From IMG/VR virus record IMGVR_UViG_3300028840_001404, positions 1-50,495 of that record: a DNA stretch of 50,495 nucleotides, one strand, 5' to 3'. Position numbers and translations under genes: made by a program. This document shows positions 1 through 10,292 of this stretch, piece after piece (position 1 is the first letter of the stretch; each line of letters begins with the position of its first letter). The DNA comes from a virus. Lineage: Duplodnaviria; Caudoviricetes. Under the pieces are notes generated by a model. That model had not been told where the DNA came from and made no database searches. It was given only the letters and a program-made list of their open reading frames with translations.

Positions 1-144
1 CTTTGAGAATTTTACGGGAGGTTAAGGTGAGTTTTTCTAACTACCTTGAGAACGAAGTACTAGACCATGTAATGGGAGTTGGGGCTTATTCTGCTCCTAC
101 TGTGTATGCAGCCTTGTGTACTGCTGATCCCACTGAGGCTGGTA
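1..144 (+). repeat. 144-bp terminal direct repeat (left copy), circular assembly overlap
   Basis: ctttgagaat...gaggctggta is identical to 50352-50495 and falls inside coding sequence. Confidence 0.97.
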
Positions 145-434
145 CTGGAGCTAGTATGAATGAGGTCGCTGATGCAGGAGCATATGCTAGAGTTGCTGTT
201 GCTGGCTCGTTTGGCACCGCTGCTGCTGATGGCTCTATTTCTAATGATGCAGCAATTACATTTACTGAGGCAACAGGTTCCTGGGGAACAGTGACTCATT
301 TTGCGATTGTTGATAGTGGAACACACGGAGCGGGGAACATGCTTGCTTCTGGCGCGTTGTCGGCTTCCAAAACCATCTCCAGTGGAGATATTCCCAGGTT
401 TGCAATTGGGGAATTGCAAATTAATTTAGATTAG
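27..434 (+). CDS. Small tail/tail-fibre-associated virion protein
   Basis: GTG at 27 after GGAGG, just past the upstream TAA (circular 23-25). SNYLENEVLDH...YARVAV...ITF..ATGSWGTVTHFAIVD pattern is typical of phage tail proteins. Confidence 0.75.
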   Translation: MSFSNYLENEVLDHVMGVGAYSAPTVYAALCTADPTEAGTGASMNEVADAGAYARVAVAGSFGTAAADGSISNDAAITFTEATGSWGTVTHFAIVDSGTHGAGNMLASGALSASKTISSGDIPRFAIGELQINLD

Positions 435-454
435 TAAATATTTGATCGACCAAT

Positions 455-1225
455 ATGGCCTTTACTAAACAAGATTATTACGAGACCGGAGATAATTCCG
501 AAGTTGGTACATATTTTTATTACCAACGTGGTCAAGTATTTACTGCTTCTTCAAGTTATACCATCACTAGAGTATCACTAAAAGTTCGTAGACTGTCTGG
601 TTATGACCCTGGCAATGCTAAAGTAGAGCTATTTGCTGTTGATGAGAGTGACCATCCAACTGGGTCTGCCCTAGCTGATGCAACAATTGATGGTGGCACT
701 TTTGGAACTACGGCTGACTGGGAAGATTGGGATTTTAGTGTTGGATATGCTCTATCGTCTGGTACTAAATATGCAATTGTACTATCATGCCCCGATTTAA
801 ATAATAGTTCACTTCTATCGGTCCAGTGGCGAACTGATACTACATCACCAACATATACAGGAGGAGCGGATCTATATTCAGCCAACGGAGGATCAACATG
901 GTCTTCACTTGGCTATGATCTTATGTTCCGCACCTATAGTGGAAGCGACCACGTTACTCGCGAGCTTTCTGGAACTATTGACGGAACCAGCAGTATAACA
1001 GGTATTTTATCTGGAGTTTCACTTGACTTAGCAGGCACTATCACAGGTCAATCCTCTCTGACTGGAACTATTACGCCTACAATTCCATTATCTGGAACAA
1101 TCACGTCTCTTAGTACTGTGGTGGGGACGGTAACATTTGGACCATTAAGTGGAGATAAAGCAGAGAAGGTGAGAAAATACTTGGTTGCTTTTGGAAATGA
1201 TTCTGTTTCTTACGAGAGTGTTTAA
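455..1225 (+). CDS. Virion adhesin-like protein (beta-sandwich, Thr/Ser/Gly linker), paralog of 49189-50376
   Basis: GQVFT..VSLKVRR motif and C-terminal KYLVAFGNDSVSYE shared with 49189-50376; tail context. Confidence 0.65.
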   Translation: MAFTKQDYYETGDNSEVGTYFYYQRGQVFTASSSYTITRVSLKVRRLSGYDPGNAKVELFAVDESDHPTGSALADATIDGGTFGTTADWEDWDFSVGYALSSGTKYAIVLSCPDLNNSSLLSVQWRTDTTSPTYTGGADLYSANGGSTWSSLGYDLMFRTYSGSDHVTRELSGTIDGTSSITGILSGVSLDLAGTITGQSSLTGTITPTIPLSGTITSLSTVVGTVTFGPLSGDKAEKVRKYLVAFGNDSVSYESV

Positions 1226-1228
1226 ACA

Positions 1229-2734
1229 ATGTCTACTCTAACGACAGTTACCGCTTCAATTGGTGATTTGGATACGTCAGATTCCCTTCAAGCATTTGAA
1301 GCTTTCCAGAAAGTTTTTGTAGCAAACGGTACCAATCTCAAAGTGGTTGACTTTGTGAATTGTGAGCTAACCCACACTGCCCTAACAACAGCCCACGCCA
1401 AAGGAGACACTCTTACTCAGGCTACCTCTAATGCTACAATGGTTGTTGACTTCACTAACACAGCTAAGACGAAGACCTATGGGTATGTTACCTCTGGCAC
1501 ATTTGATACGTCAAACTCGGTGACGGGCAGTGGAAGTGGAACAGCATTTACTCCAACTGCTACCGATACAGGAGCACCAGGAGGGAATCAACCTCATTGG
1601 TACGATTGGACGGTATACCCTGGAGGCTCTAGTGGAGCTATGCCAGAGAAGGCATATCTGGGATGTTTGTATCGTGGTCGATGTGTTTTGAGTGGTAATC
1701 CTAATTATCCATACCAATGGTATATGAGTAGAGTTGCCAATCCATTTGATTGGGCTTATACAGCTAATGATTCTTTGTCTCCTATTGCTGGAGGTAATTC
1801 TCAAGTTGGTCAGTTAGGTGATGTGATTAGGGCATTGATTCCTTATCAAGATGAGTACCTGATTTTTGGCTGCTCAAACTCAATCTGGGCTTTGAGGGGG
1901 GATGCTGCTGATGGAGGTTCTTTAACTCCATTAAATGATACGATAGGAATTTTTGGTTATCGGTCTTGGTGTTTTGACAGCAGACTCAATCTATATTTTT
2001 GTTCCAAGACAGGTATTTATAAGATTCCATATGGCTTTGGGCCTGCTCAACCTTTGTCTCAGTTTGTTCTCCCTGATCTGATTGCTGATACAGAACTTGA
2101 CCCAACAGTCCATAGAGTTAGTATGGAATATGACAGGGCACGAGAAGGTATTTTAATTACTATTACTACAATAACAGATGGAAGTAATGTTTGTTATTGG
2201 TATGATCTGAGTACCGAAGGTTTCTATCCTGAGTCTTATCCCAATGTATGTGGGGTCTATTCGTTGCATTTTTATGACTCTAATGATGACGCTGATCGAC
2301 ATTTGTTGCTTGGCAGCACGGATGGATATATTAGACAATTTGATGCCAGTACAAAAAATGATGCAACTACTAATGCAACTTCTGCAATTGAGTCTTATCT
2401 TACTCTTCCTATCATTGTGCCAGAGGATGATGACAATAATGTTCGGATGAATAAGATGTTAATCACTACTGCTGGCGGGGCTTCTGGTGGAAGTGGTTCT
2501 GACACTGATTCGGTTGATGTTGAAGTATATAAAGGAGACGATCCAGAAGAAGTGCTAGAGTCCATAGATGATGGTGATGCTCCATTTAACAGTAAAACTC
2601 TTTCTGGTCCTGGTAGAGCAAACTATATTCGTCAACGGGCAAAGGGGCATGCAGTTGGAATCAGGCTCTCTAATGACTCTGCTTCTAGCACATGGGCAGT
2701 TGAAAAGATTTCTGCTAATCTAACGGAGATATAA
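1229..2734 (+). CDS. Tail nozzle / packaged-DNA stabilisation protein (beta-propeller), main part
   Basis: Repeated beta-blade-like segments (YRGRCVLSG, YLIFGC.NSIWALRG, LYFCSKTGIYKI, LLLGSTDGYIRQF) and C-terminal GIRLSN..W.VE typical of P22 gp10/T7 gp12-like proteins; position after adaptor. Confidence 0.7.
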   Translation: MSTLTTVTASIGDLDTSDSLQAFEAFQKVFVANGTNLKVVDFVNCELTHTALTTAHAKGDTLTQATSNATMVVDFTNTAKTKTYGYVTSGTFDTSNSVTGSGSGTAFTPTATDTGAPGGNQPHWYDWTVYPGGSSGAMPEKAYLGCLYRGRCVLSGNPNYPYQWYMSRVANPFDWAYTANDSLSPIAGGNSQVGQLGDVIRALIPYQDEYLIFGCSNSIWALRGDAADGGSLTPLNDTIGIFGYRSWCFDSRLNLYFCSKTGIYKIPYGFGPAQPLSQFVLPDLIADTELDPTVHRVSMEYDRAREGILITITTITDGSNVCYWYDLSTEGFYPESYPNVCGVYSLHFYDSNDDADRHLLLGSTDGYIRQFDASTKNDATTNATSAIESYLTLPIIVPEDDDNNVRMNKMLITTAGGASGGSGSDTDSVDVEVYKGDDPEEVLESIDDGDAPFNSKTLSGPGRANYIRQRAKGHAVGIRLSNDSASSTWAVEKISANLTEI

Positions 2735-2735
2735 T

Positions 2736-3368
2736 ATGGCGTTTGGCAGACAAAATGTTGGAACGAAAGAGAATCCAATTTGGGTTCAAAGAGGGGCTTC
2801 GGCATATGATATAGCAAATGCTAAAGCAGCGGCTAGAGAACAGGAAGTTCGAGGATTGTTGGACCAGGTTGTCGAGACCTATGCTCCTGGAGGGGCTTAC
2901 CTAAAAGGTGCTGAGGCGATGTTGGGAAGGGAGAAGCAGAAGTACCTTGGCTCTGCAACCCAACAGTTAATCTCTTCTGGTCTGTATGGGACTACTATGG
3001 CTGCTGGTCTTCCAAAGAAATGGGAGGAGGAAGTTGGAATGCCTTCTCGTTTGAAGCTGGAGGATATCAGGACTCAGGCTTACACTGGAGCTTTGGGCCA
3101 AAAGGCAAGCTTCATTGAAAGTATTTCTGAACAAGTGCCGAGTTATGAAACTATCGCTGGCTTGACTTCCCAAGCCGCTGCTGCTCCACAACAAACACTA
3201 AATAGTTGGCTGGCCGAAACTTTTGGTCGGGTTCCTAATGCTGCTACTCCCAAAGCTGATGTCTCTAAACAACAAGCTAGAGCTAGCTTGGCTGAAGATG
3301 ACAGAAGAAGGGCTGCATATCTGGCTCAGCTTCGTGCACAGTATGGAACTGCTGGAGTTGCTTCCTAA
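2736..3368 (+). CDS. Putative ejection (internal virion) protein
   Basis: Ala/Gln-rich, helical, directly after the nozzle as in podoviruses. Confidence 0.5.
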   Translation: MAFGRQNVGTKENPIWVQRGASAYDIANAKAAAREQEVRGLLDQVVETYAPGGAYLKGAEAMLGREKQKYLGSATQQLISSGLYGTTMAAGLPKKWEEEVGMPSRLKLEDIRTQAYTGALGQKASFIESISEQVPSYETIAGLTSQAAAAPQQTLNSWLAETFGRVPNAATPKADVSKQQARASLAEDDRRRAAYLAQLRAQYGTAGVAS

Positions 3369-5416
3369 TGGCTGAATCTTCCAGGGTACCACAGATTCCA
3401 GAAATCATTCCCGGCAACTGGGATACGGTTCGTCGATTTAGTAGAGACGTAGGAAAGTATATGCGTTCTCTTGCTAAATCCAATCAAACTATTTATCTCG
3501 CTGATCTCTACCTTACTTCTAGTACTGCATCACGACTGTTGGCAACAGATGCTTCACAGAAGATTGTTAGCACAGAGTTATCGTCATGGGTAACTGGCAC
3601 TGCTAACGAGATTAATATCACTGATGATGGTGACGGCACTATAACTATTGGTATCGCTGATCCTCTGATCGTAGCTAAGGGTGGAACCGGGACTGCAACG
3701 CTAACAGACCACAGTATACTACTAGGATCGGGGACGGACGCGATTACATCCCTCGGGGCTGCTACGGACGGCCAGTTGGCCATCGGGTCAACCGGGGCCG
3801 ATCCAGTTCTTGCAACCATAACCGGCACGGCGGATGAGATTGCTGTGACCAATGGGGCAGGTTCTATTACTTTATCCTTGGATGGGGATATAGGAGACAT
3901 AGCCGGGCTAACGCCAGACGATGGCAACTTCATTGTTGGAGATGGAGCTAACTGGGTAACTGAATCTGGAAATACGGCCCGCACATCTTTAGGGCTAGGC
4001 ACCGGAGATAGCCCCACATTTACCAATGGTACCTATACGGGCGGGCTTAGAATTGGGAGCTCAAATCCTATCACGGCTGGAGGGGTTAATCTCGCTAGAG
4101 GGGGGACCAGTGAACCTTATTATAAATTTGAGAATGATGGGGGCAATAATGAGTTAGCCCAAATACGTGGTCTTAACGGAGGTGGTTTACGTTTTACGAC
4201 TGGGGATGCCGTTACGGAATGGGCACGCTTTGATGCGTCTGGTAATTTTGGTATAGGAGCTACTAGTTTATCTCATAAATTTACTGTTACCGGAACAGTA
4301 GATTTTAGCAGCACCTTAGATGTTGGAGGGGCAACAAGTATTGATGGGCTAACTTCCATCCTAGCCCAAAATGGTGCTGGCAGCACAGAACAAATAAGGA
4401 TAGGCCGGAATGATAATGGCATACGTTATCACTCTATCTTTGGAGGACATGCCAGCGGAACCTCAAGCTTTTTAAGATTTGACATACATGATGGGGGGCT
4501 AACCCCCTTCACAGGTCAAAATACTGTATTAACCCTCTATGGGGAGACGCCGGAGGCTGAGGTGGCTGGACTGATAACCAGCACTTCAACTACGCCGTAC
4601 CTATTTTTACACAACACAACGGAAGAGGATACAGATGGAGGCCGGGAGTCTCGAATAAACTTCAAGGGGGAACAGAGTGGTGGGGAAGAATCTACTCTTG
4701 CAAGAATTGAAGTAAGTCACGATGGCTCCTCAGATGATGAAAAAGGTAAGATCGTTTTTAGCACAAATGATGGCAGTGATTCTGATACCCCAACAGACCA
4801 TTTAACCATCGACGCTGCTGGTAATACTTATATTGGAGATAGAGGTAGTAATTATGCAGAGTTCAAATCTGATGGGGAACTAAATCTTCATGGCACAGCC
4901 CGAGTCTATAAGGATATTCAAATTGGCTGTAGCCAAATGAAGAAAGGCGTTGGCAGTCCTCCCGGAGAGGGTTTAATAGACGGCTTTCCTACCTTGGATT
5001 ATGATGATAGCAGTGAGGAAGAGTCTTTTTGTGCTATGTTTGGTCCTCTAGATTGGGCAGGCAGTACTGACGCAACAATACATTTGGAATTCTTTGTTGA
5101 TACTGCCCCTGCTGCTGCTGCAAATGTTGTTTGGGGTGTAGAATATAAATCAATTCCTGCTGGTGGTACTATTGATTTTTCTAGTGGCACAACTACTGAT
5201 ACTGATACTGTGGCTATTACTACTGGTACCCCTGCAAATGACAAAAAGTTGCATGAGAGTACGGGTTTAACATTTTCTAATCTGGTTCAAGACGGTGTGT
5301 TGTTATTTCGTTTGTTCCGTGATGCAACTAATGCTAGTGATACATATACTGGTGATGCTAGGTTTTTGAAAGCTCATGTACACTATACGAGTGATAAATT
5401 GGGGACTGCTTTGTAA
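3368..5416 (+). CDS. Tail fibre protein
   Basis: Gly/Thr-rich fibre repeats (VAKGGTG, ARTSLGLGT, FDASGNFGIG, IDAAGNTYIG) and C-terminal beta domain. Confidence 0.85.
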   Translation: MAESSRVPQIPEIIPGNWDTVRRFSRDVGKYMRSLAKSNQTIYLADLYLTSSTASRLLATDASQKIVSTELSSWVTGTANEINITDDGDGTITIGIADPLIVAKGGTGTATLTDHSILLGSGTDAITSLGAATDGQLAIGSTGADPVLATITGTADEIAVTNGAGSITLSLDGDIGDIAGLTPDDGNFIVGDGANWVTESGNTARTSLGLGTGDSPTFTNGTYTGGLRIGSSNPITAGGVNLARGGTSEPYYKFENDGGNNELAQIRGLNGGGLRFTTGDAVTEWARFDASGNFGIGATSLSHKFTVTGTVDFSSTLDVGGATSIDGLTSILAQNGAGSTEQIRIGRNDNGIRYHSIFGGHASGTSSFLRFDIHDGGLTPFTGQNTVLTLYGETPEAEVAGLITSTSTTPYLFLHNTTEEDTDGGRESRINFKGEQSGGEESTLARIEVSHDGSSDDEKGKIVFSTNDGSDSDTPTDHLTIDAAGNTYIGDRGSNYAEFKSDGELNLHGTARVYKDIQIGCSQMKKGVGSPPGEGLIDGFPTLDYDDSSEEESFCAMFGPLDWAGSTDATIHLEFFVDTAPAAAANVVWGVEYKSIPAGGTIDFSSGTTTDTDTVAITTGTPANDKKLHESTGLTFSNLVQDGVLLFRLFRDATNASDTYTGDARFLKAHVHYTSDKLGTAL

Positions 5417-5427
5417 AGGAATTTGAC

Positions 5428-6297
5428 GTGGCTGTAACTTATAGATTTGGAGAACAAGAGGTTAAAGCCCTTGCTGCTCAGGCTGGAAAGGCTCAAGCTG
5501 CCAGAGAACAAGTTAATCGCCGGTTCCAGAAGGATATGGCAATGCTTGGCTACCAGATGGAGCTACAGAAACAACAACGGGCGATGGCTTGGGAAATTGA
5601 GAAGATGGAGACGGCTTCTCGTCTAGACTTTCAAGCTAAGGAGAGTGAACGGATTCAGAAGCAACAGCAATTTCGATCTGCTCTGAATGAGATTGATAAG
5701 AGACGAGTGTCTAGGGGTGGCACTCTTCCGGATAATGTTGCTGATAGAGCTGCAATGAATCTGGCTTTGCAGTATCAAGGATTCTCTCCTCTAGCAGATG
5801 AGCTTCTTGGTCTTACTCCTTATCAAGAACAGATGATGGGGTTGCGTACAAGAGAACAGGAGATGAGGGAACGTCAACTAGCACTGCAAGAGGAGAAGTT
5901 TAGAACTACTGATGAATACCTGTTGGCTCAAAGAATGCAACAACAACAGGCCGGGATAACTCCACAACAGCCTGTAACGGAAGCTGTTCAACCTTCTGCT
6001 GCTCAAATAACAATGCCAGGAGTAAGCACTAAACCAATTCCATTGCGAGATATTCCTCCGAGCCAGGTCCCTCAGGATAACGGAGAGTATATTGTTCTTG
6101 ATCCTGAGTCTGGACAAATGTTAGCAATTACCCCACAAGAGTATCCTGAATATGTCGAACGTGGTTTCCTAGCAAATCCTATTTTGCCTTCTGGTCCTTC
6201 GTTTTGGGATAAGCTAAGACCCTTCAAGGATCATAAAGAAGAGATTGGTTTAGCTGCTTGGGGACGTAAATGGAAACCTGGATATATTAATCCGTAA
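5428..6297 (+). CDS. Putative ejection/internal virion protein
   Basis: Gln/Glu-rich coiled coil, in the late module before a 1026-aa protein. Confidence 0.5.
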   Translation: MAVTYRFGEQEVKALAAQAGKAQAAREQVNRRFQKDMAMLGYQMELQKQQRAMAWEIEKMETASRLDFQAKESERIQKQQQFRSALNEIDKRRVSRGGTLPDNVADRAAMNLALQYQGFSPLADELLGLTPYQEQMMGLRTREQEMRERQLALQEEKFRTTDEYLLAQRMQQQQAGITPQQPVTEAVQPSAAQITMPGVSTKPIPLRDIPPSQVPQDNGEYIVLDPESGQMLAITPQEYPEYVERGFLANPILPSGPSFWDKLRPFKDHKEEIGLAAWGRKWKPGYINP

Positions 6298-6302
6298 GGG
6301 AA

Positions 6303-9300
6303 ATGATGGCTAGAATTTATCATCCTAATGCTGTTCCATATTTTCCTGAACATAACGATGGAGTATTGGAGACTTTAGGGAAAAGTTTTGTTCGGGGGTT
6401 TCTGAATATTGGAGCCGGGGCTGTAGGTACAGCCGAATGGTTGGCAGAACAAACACCTTGGACGGAAGAGGGTGGTTTTCTTGAACAAATGCGGGTGAAT
6501 ATTCGTGAGGAAGAGAAGGAATGGGAAACTGATCCTGATTCCAAATTGGAATGGGTTGCAGGTGTAGTAGGTATGGCCCTTCCATACATGGGTGCTGCTA
6601 TGACTGGTCAAGCTGCAATTGGCCTTCCTGGAGCAGCAGCAGTAGGGTTTGCCGTAGAAGGACAGGAAGCTTATGAGTCAGCTAAAGCTAGGGGGGCTTC
6701 CGAAGGTCAAGCCAACTGGGAACGGGGGATCGTCGGTTCAGTCAATGCTGCAATTGAATCCTTGCAGATGGGAAGATTGTTTAAGTTTTCCAAATCCGGG
6801 ACTAAATCTTTTAAAGCATTTCGTAAACTCGCTTCACAAAAAGCATGGGATAAAGTATATAAAGAAGGTTTTAAGTTTAGTCGAGAACTTCTACTAAATT
6901 CAATCGAGGAAGCAGGGGAGGAATTTCTTCAAGAAGGCGTGTCACTTACCGTTCCATATTTTATGGAAGACTTAGGACCACAAGACCCTGCTGGTTTGTT
7001 TAATTATTTGATGGAGAATAAAGAACAGCTTGGGGCTGCTGTTTTGGGGGGTGCTGTCGTTGCTCCTTTATTGGGTGTGACAAGAGCAGCGATTCCTTCT
7101 CTAGCTGGTCCTAGTGTTGAATCTTTTAATAAACTCAAACAGAGGGTTAATGAAAGTACTTTGCTGAAAGCAACTAAGGAAGCTCGTATCAGAGATATTA
7201 ATAAGAAGATGGAACAAATCTTTGGTGAGGTTCCAGAAATAGTTGATGAAGCAGCTACGGTTGAGGAGGGGAAACGGTCTCCTGATACTCAGAATAAACA
7301 TGCCTCTTTGATTGATCGAATGGAGGAGAATCTTACTGTCTGGGAAGAAACTAGAGGAGAGCATGAAGAAATTATCAAGAGGAAACTTGGAGAGAAGTTT
7401 GGAGAAGTAGAGAATTTTAATAAGGAAGTATTGAATGATGATACTCTTCCTATAGAAGCTAAAGTAGCTAGTATTATGAGCTTTATGAAGGGGAGAATGG
7501 CTCCAGGCTATACTAGGTTTTTAGATTCTGGTTTTACTAAAGAAGAGTTTAATGAACTTCGTCATGTGGCAATGCAGGTTCATCAACATGATGTTCCTTC
7601 CCTTCTTAAATCTTTGACCGCGTTAGAGAAAATGTTTGCGGGTGAAGAGGGTGTAGGCAGATTGCCAGAAGTTAACGAGGTTAAAACTCTGGAACCTATC
7701 CTTGGTAAAACTTTTGTTCGTAAAGCTATTGATACAATCAAAAAAATTAAAGAGAAACCTAAGACTAGGGGACAGAAACTTCTAGGCCAGTTAAAGGAAG
7801 TAATGAACTTTCCCCGTTCTGTGTTGGCTTCTATTGACTTTAGTGCTGTTGGGCGGCAGGGTGCCTTGATGGCTTTCCTGAAACCTAAGGCTTGGCTTAG
7901 TGGTGTGGGTGCTGGCTATCGTGCGTTCTTTAGTGAAGACTATGCAGACTTTGTTGATCTGTCTTTGAAGACCCATCCGTTGTATAACACTTTACAGAAG
8001 AGTGGGGTTTTTCTTTCAGAAAGAGGAAAACTTAGTGAGTCAGAAGAATACTTTGCATCTCGCTTGGCTCATTCATTGCCAGGAATTAAAGCTTCAGAAC
8101 GGGCTTATGTTACTTCCTTGAATGTGATGAGAGCCCATGCTTTTTACTCTATTGCCACTGATTGGGCTGGTACTGGTAAGATGTCAGACCTTCCGGAATT
8201 GGCAAAGATTCTGAATCATTTGACTGGCAGGGGAAGTTTGGGTTCCTTAAAGAAACTGTCCCCCGCACTAAATATTATGTTTTTTGCTCCTAAGCTCCAG
8301 ATCGCTAGAGTTCAGACAATGACTGATTTGGTTCCTATTAGAGATGGTAAATTTTATTGGAGTCCTGCACAGAAGATTCTTGCTGCCGATCTTGCTAGTG
8401 CTTTTGGGACTGGAATGTTGGTTCTATGGCTGCTTAGCCATTTGAAGGGAGTTAAAGTCGAAGATGATCCTCGTAGTTCTGATTTTGGGAAGGTAAGGAT
8501 TGGTGATACCAGAATTGACTTCTGGGGTGGATATACTCAGATGATGAGATTGGTGGCCAATATAGCTACGGGTAAGGTTAAATCATCCACTTCTGGAGAA
8601 GTATATGATATTCCAATATCACAAACTATTGGCCGATACCTTCAAACTAAGCTCTCTCCTGTAGCGGGTGCAGCTTTGGATGTTTATCGGGGAGAAGACT
8701 TCAAAGGTGATCTTCTGGAACCAACTCCGGAGTCTGTAACAAAGCAAATCTATCAGAGATTTACCCCGCTGTTTATTCAGGACATGGCTGATTCTATTTA
8801 TTACCAGGGGTTGAATACAGGTACAGCCCTAACATCAGGTCTAGCACTGCATGGCATTGGAGCTATGACCTATCCTGTATCCGGCTCGACACAAGCAATG
8901 GCCTCTAAGAATCATTATGCGATGCAGACCTATGGAGAACGGTGGAATGATCTTGGCCCTATTTCGCAAAAATATCTGAGAGTGGCTAATCCTATTATTG
9001 ATGAGATGGATAGACGTGCTAGAAAGGAGCGGGTATCTAAAGCCGCCAAAGCCCGGTCCCTAAAGGAGCTTCGGAAATCTGAGAGGAAGCTGTTCCGAGC
9101 TTTGAAGCCAGAGATACGAAAGGAATTGGATAGATTGTTGATTCCAGTAGGTGGGTTGAGTAGGAGATTGTCCGAGGATTGGTATCTAAATGATTCCCGT
9201 TACCAACAGTACCAAGCTGAAGTGGCTGTTGAATTAAATAAGCTTCTTCCGTCTTTTATTGATGTGGATTTGGTTCCAGAAGTTAAGAGAGCAATTCTGG

Positions 9301-9383
9301 AAAAGGCTATCTCCCAGGTCAAAGAAGGGGTTCGGAAGGAAATAGTTATGAATGCTAAGTTTGAAGACTTGCGGAGGTTGTAA
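6303..9383 (+). CDS. Large internal virion (ejectosome-like) protein
   Basis: 1026 aa, helical, EEAGEEFLQE motif, Gly/Ala-rich hydrophobic N-region and DDPRSSDFGKVRIG C-region; last large late gene. Confidence 0.65.
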   Translation: MMARIYHPNAVPYFPEHNDGVLETLGKSFVRGFLNIGAGAVGTAEWLAEQTPWTEEGGFLEQMRVNIREEEKEWETDPDSKLEWVAGVVGMALPYMGAAMTGQAAIGLPGAAAVGFAVEGQEAYESAKARGASEGQANWERGIVGSVNAAIESLQMGRLFKFSKSGTKSFKAFRKLASQKAWDKVYKEGFKFSRELLLNSIEEAGEEFLQEGVSLTVPYFMEDLGPQDPAGLFNYLMENKEQLGAAVLGGAVVAPLLGVTRAAIPSLAGPSVESFNKLKQRVNESTLLKATKEARIRDINKKMEQIFGEVPEIVDEAATVEEGKRSPDTQNKHASLIDRMEENLTVWEETRGEHEEIIKRKLGEKFGEVENFNKEVLNDDTLPIEAKVASIMSFMKGRMAPGYTRFLDSGFTKEEFNELRHVAMQVHQHDVPSLLKSLTALEKMFAGEEGVGRLPEVNEVKTLEPILGKTFVRKAIDTIKKIKEKPKTRGQKLLGQLKEVMNFPRSVLASIDFSAVGRQGALMAFLKPKAWLSGVGAGYRAFFSEDYADFVDLSLKTHPLYNTLQKSGVFLSERGKLSESEEYFASRLAHSLPGIKASERAYVTSLNVMRAHAFYSIATDWAGTGKMSDLPELAKILNHLTGRGSLGSLKKLSPALNIMFFAPKLQIARVQTMTDLVPIRDGKFYWSPAQKILAADLASAFGTGMLVLWLLSHLKGVKVEDDPRSSDFGKVRIGDTRIDFWGGYTQMMRLVANIATGKVKSSTSGEVYDIPISQTIGRYLQTKLSPVAGAALDVYRGEDFKGDLLEPTPESVTKQIYQRFTPLFIQDMADSIYYQGLNTGTALTSGLALHGIGAMTYPVSGSTQAMASKNHYAMQTYGERWNDLGPISQKYLRVANPIIDEMDRRARKERVSKAAKARSLKELRKSERKLFRALKPEIRKELDRLLIPVGGLSRRLSEDWYLNDSRYQQYQAEVAVELNKLLPSFIDVDLVPEVKRAILEKAISQVKEGVRKEIVMNAKFEDLRRL

Positions 9384-9385
9384 TA

Positions 9386-9568
9386 ATGGACCAAGAACAG
9401 CGAGACGAGCTTCTCATTAGACTTGATATGAGAACGGCTGCTAGTGAGAGATGGGAGGCAAAACACGAACAGTTGCACAAGGAAGAAAAAATAACTCGAA
9501 CTAAATGGACTATCTTTCTAGCAGGGTGTGTTGTTTCTCTAGTCTCTGCCCTCAAGTTCTGGAAATAA
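9386..9568 (+). CDS. Small single-TM protein, holin-like
   Basis: 60 aa, N-terminal coiled coil and C-terminal hydrophobic helix; ends the late operon. Confidence 0.45.
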   Translation: MDQEQRDELLIRLDMRTAASERWEAKHEQLHKEEKITRTKWTIFLAGCVVSLVSALKFWK

Positions 9569-9571
9569 GAA

Positions 9572-9595
9572 AAGGGGAGGGTTTCCCCTCCCCTT
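9572..9595. terminator. Bidirectional intrinsic terminator between the convergent arms
   Basis: Perfect 10-bp stem AAGGGGAGGG-tttc-CCCTCCCCTT with A-rich 5' flank and T-rich 3' flank. Confidence 0.85.
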
Positions 9596-9605
9596 GTTTG
9601 TATTA

Positions 9606-9821
9606 TTAATCTTCGTAAGGTGGATTAAACTCTGGATCACAATCAACAATTTCCAAACATAACGCTGGAGTAATCCAGACTCCCGGTTTTTGGCATGTAT
9701 AACGTTCAAAGTTATACAGCTTTCTGCCTGTGTCTTCTGCAAAAAATTCCTCCAACACTTTCTTCTCTTTCTTTGTGGTAGTAACGATTGTTTCCTCATG
9801 GTTATGATAAACCACAAACAT
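9606..9821 (-). CDS. Hypothetical protein
   Basis: ORF with AAGG SD in the minus-strand operon. Confidence 0.65.
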   Translation of the reverse strand: MFVVYHNHEETIVTTTKKEKKVLEEFFAEDTGRKLYNFERYTCQKPGVWITPALCLEIVDCDPEFNPPYED

Positions 9822-9846
9822 TGTTTTTTACCTTTCCTTATTTTTC

Positions 9847-10281
9847 TTATCTCCGTTCAATAAACTTTCCATCAGAAATTTCCTTCCACTCCTTAGCAGA
9901 AATCTCTCTTGTACTTTTTACTTGTATTGGCTCACGCCACCTGTTTCCTGAGCTAAGGCCGATCAAACAAACCTTTCCAGTACTAACTTGGGCAAGAATG
10001 TATTCTCCATCGCCAAGACTAGCAAATCTTTGACCAACGGCATAAGTTTTTATAAAACCGGTGTCCTCCTTTATATCCTCATCCTCCTCTTCCAAATCAT
10101 TAATATGATCTATCAATATGTTTATATCAGCACGCAAATCATCAGCCAGGTATGCTGAATACTTCTCCTCGTCTACAAGCCGATCATTCAAACTATATAT
10201 CTTTCCCTCTATAATGCCTATCTCATCCCGAATCTCATCAAACATTCCTTCCACATACTTTTTTAGTTCTGCCACAGTCAT
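9847..10281 (-). CDS. Coiled-coil plus SH3/KOW-like domain protein
   Basis: GGAG SD; C-terminal TYAVGQRF...IQVKSTREIS resembles 23753-24091. Confidence 0.7.
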   Translation of the reverse strand: MTVAELKKYVEGMFDEIRDEIGIIEGKIYSLNDRLVDEEKYSAYLADDLRADINILIDHINDLEEEDEDIKEDTGFIKTYAVGQRFASLGDGEYILAQVSTGKVCLIGLSSGNRWREPIQVKSTREISAKEWKEISDGKFIERR

Positions 10282-10292
10282 AATATAGTCTC

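Noticed and set aside
1-144. Terminal repeat as physical genome ends
   Set aside because: It cuts through coding tail genes, so it is best explained as circular assembly overlap.
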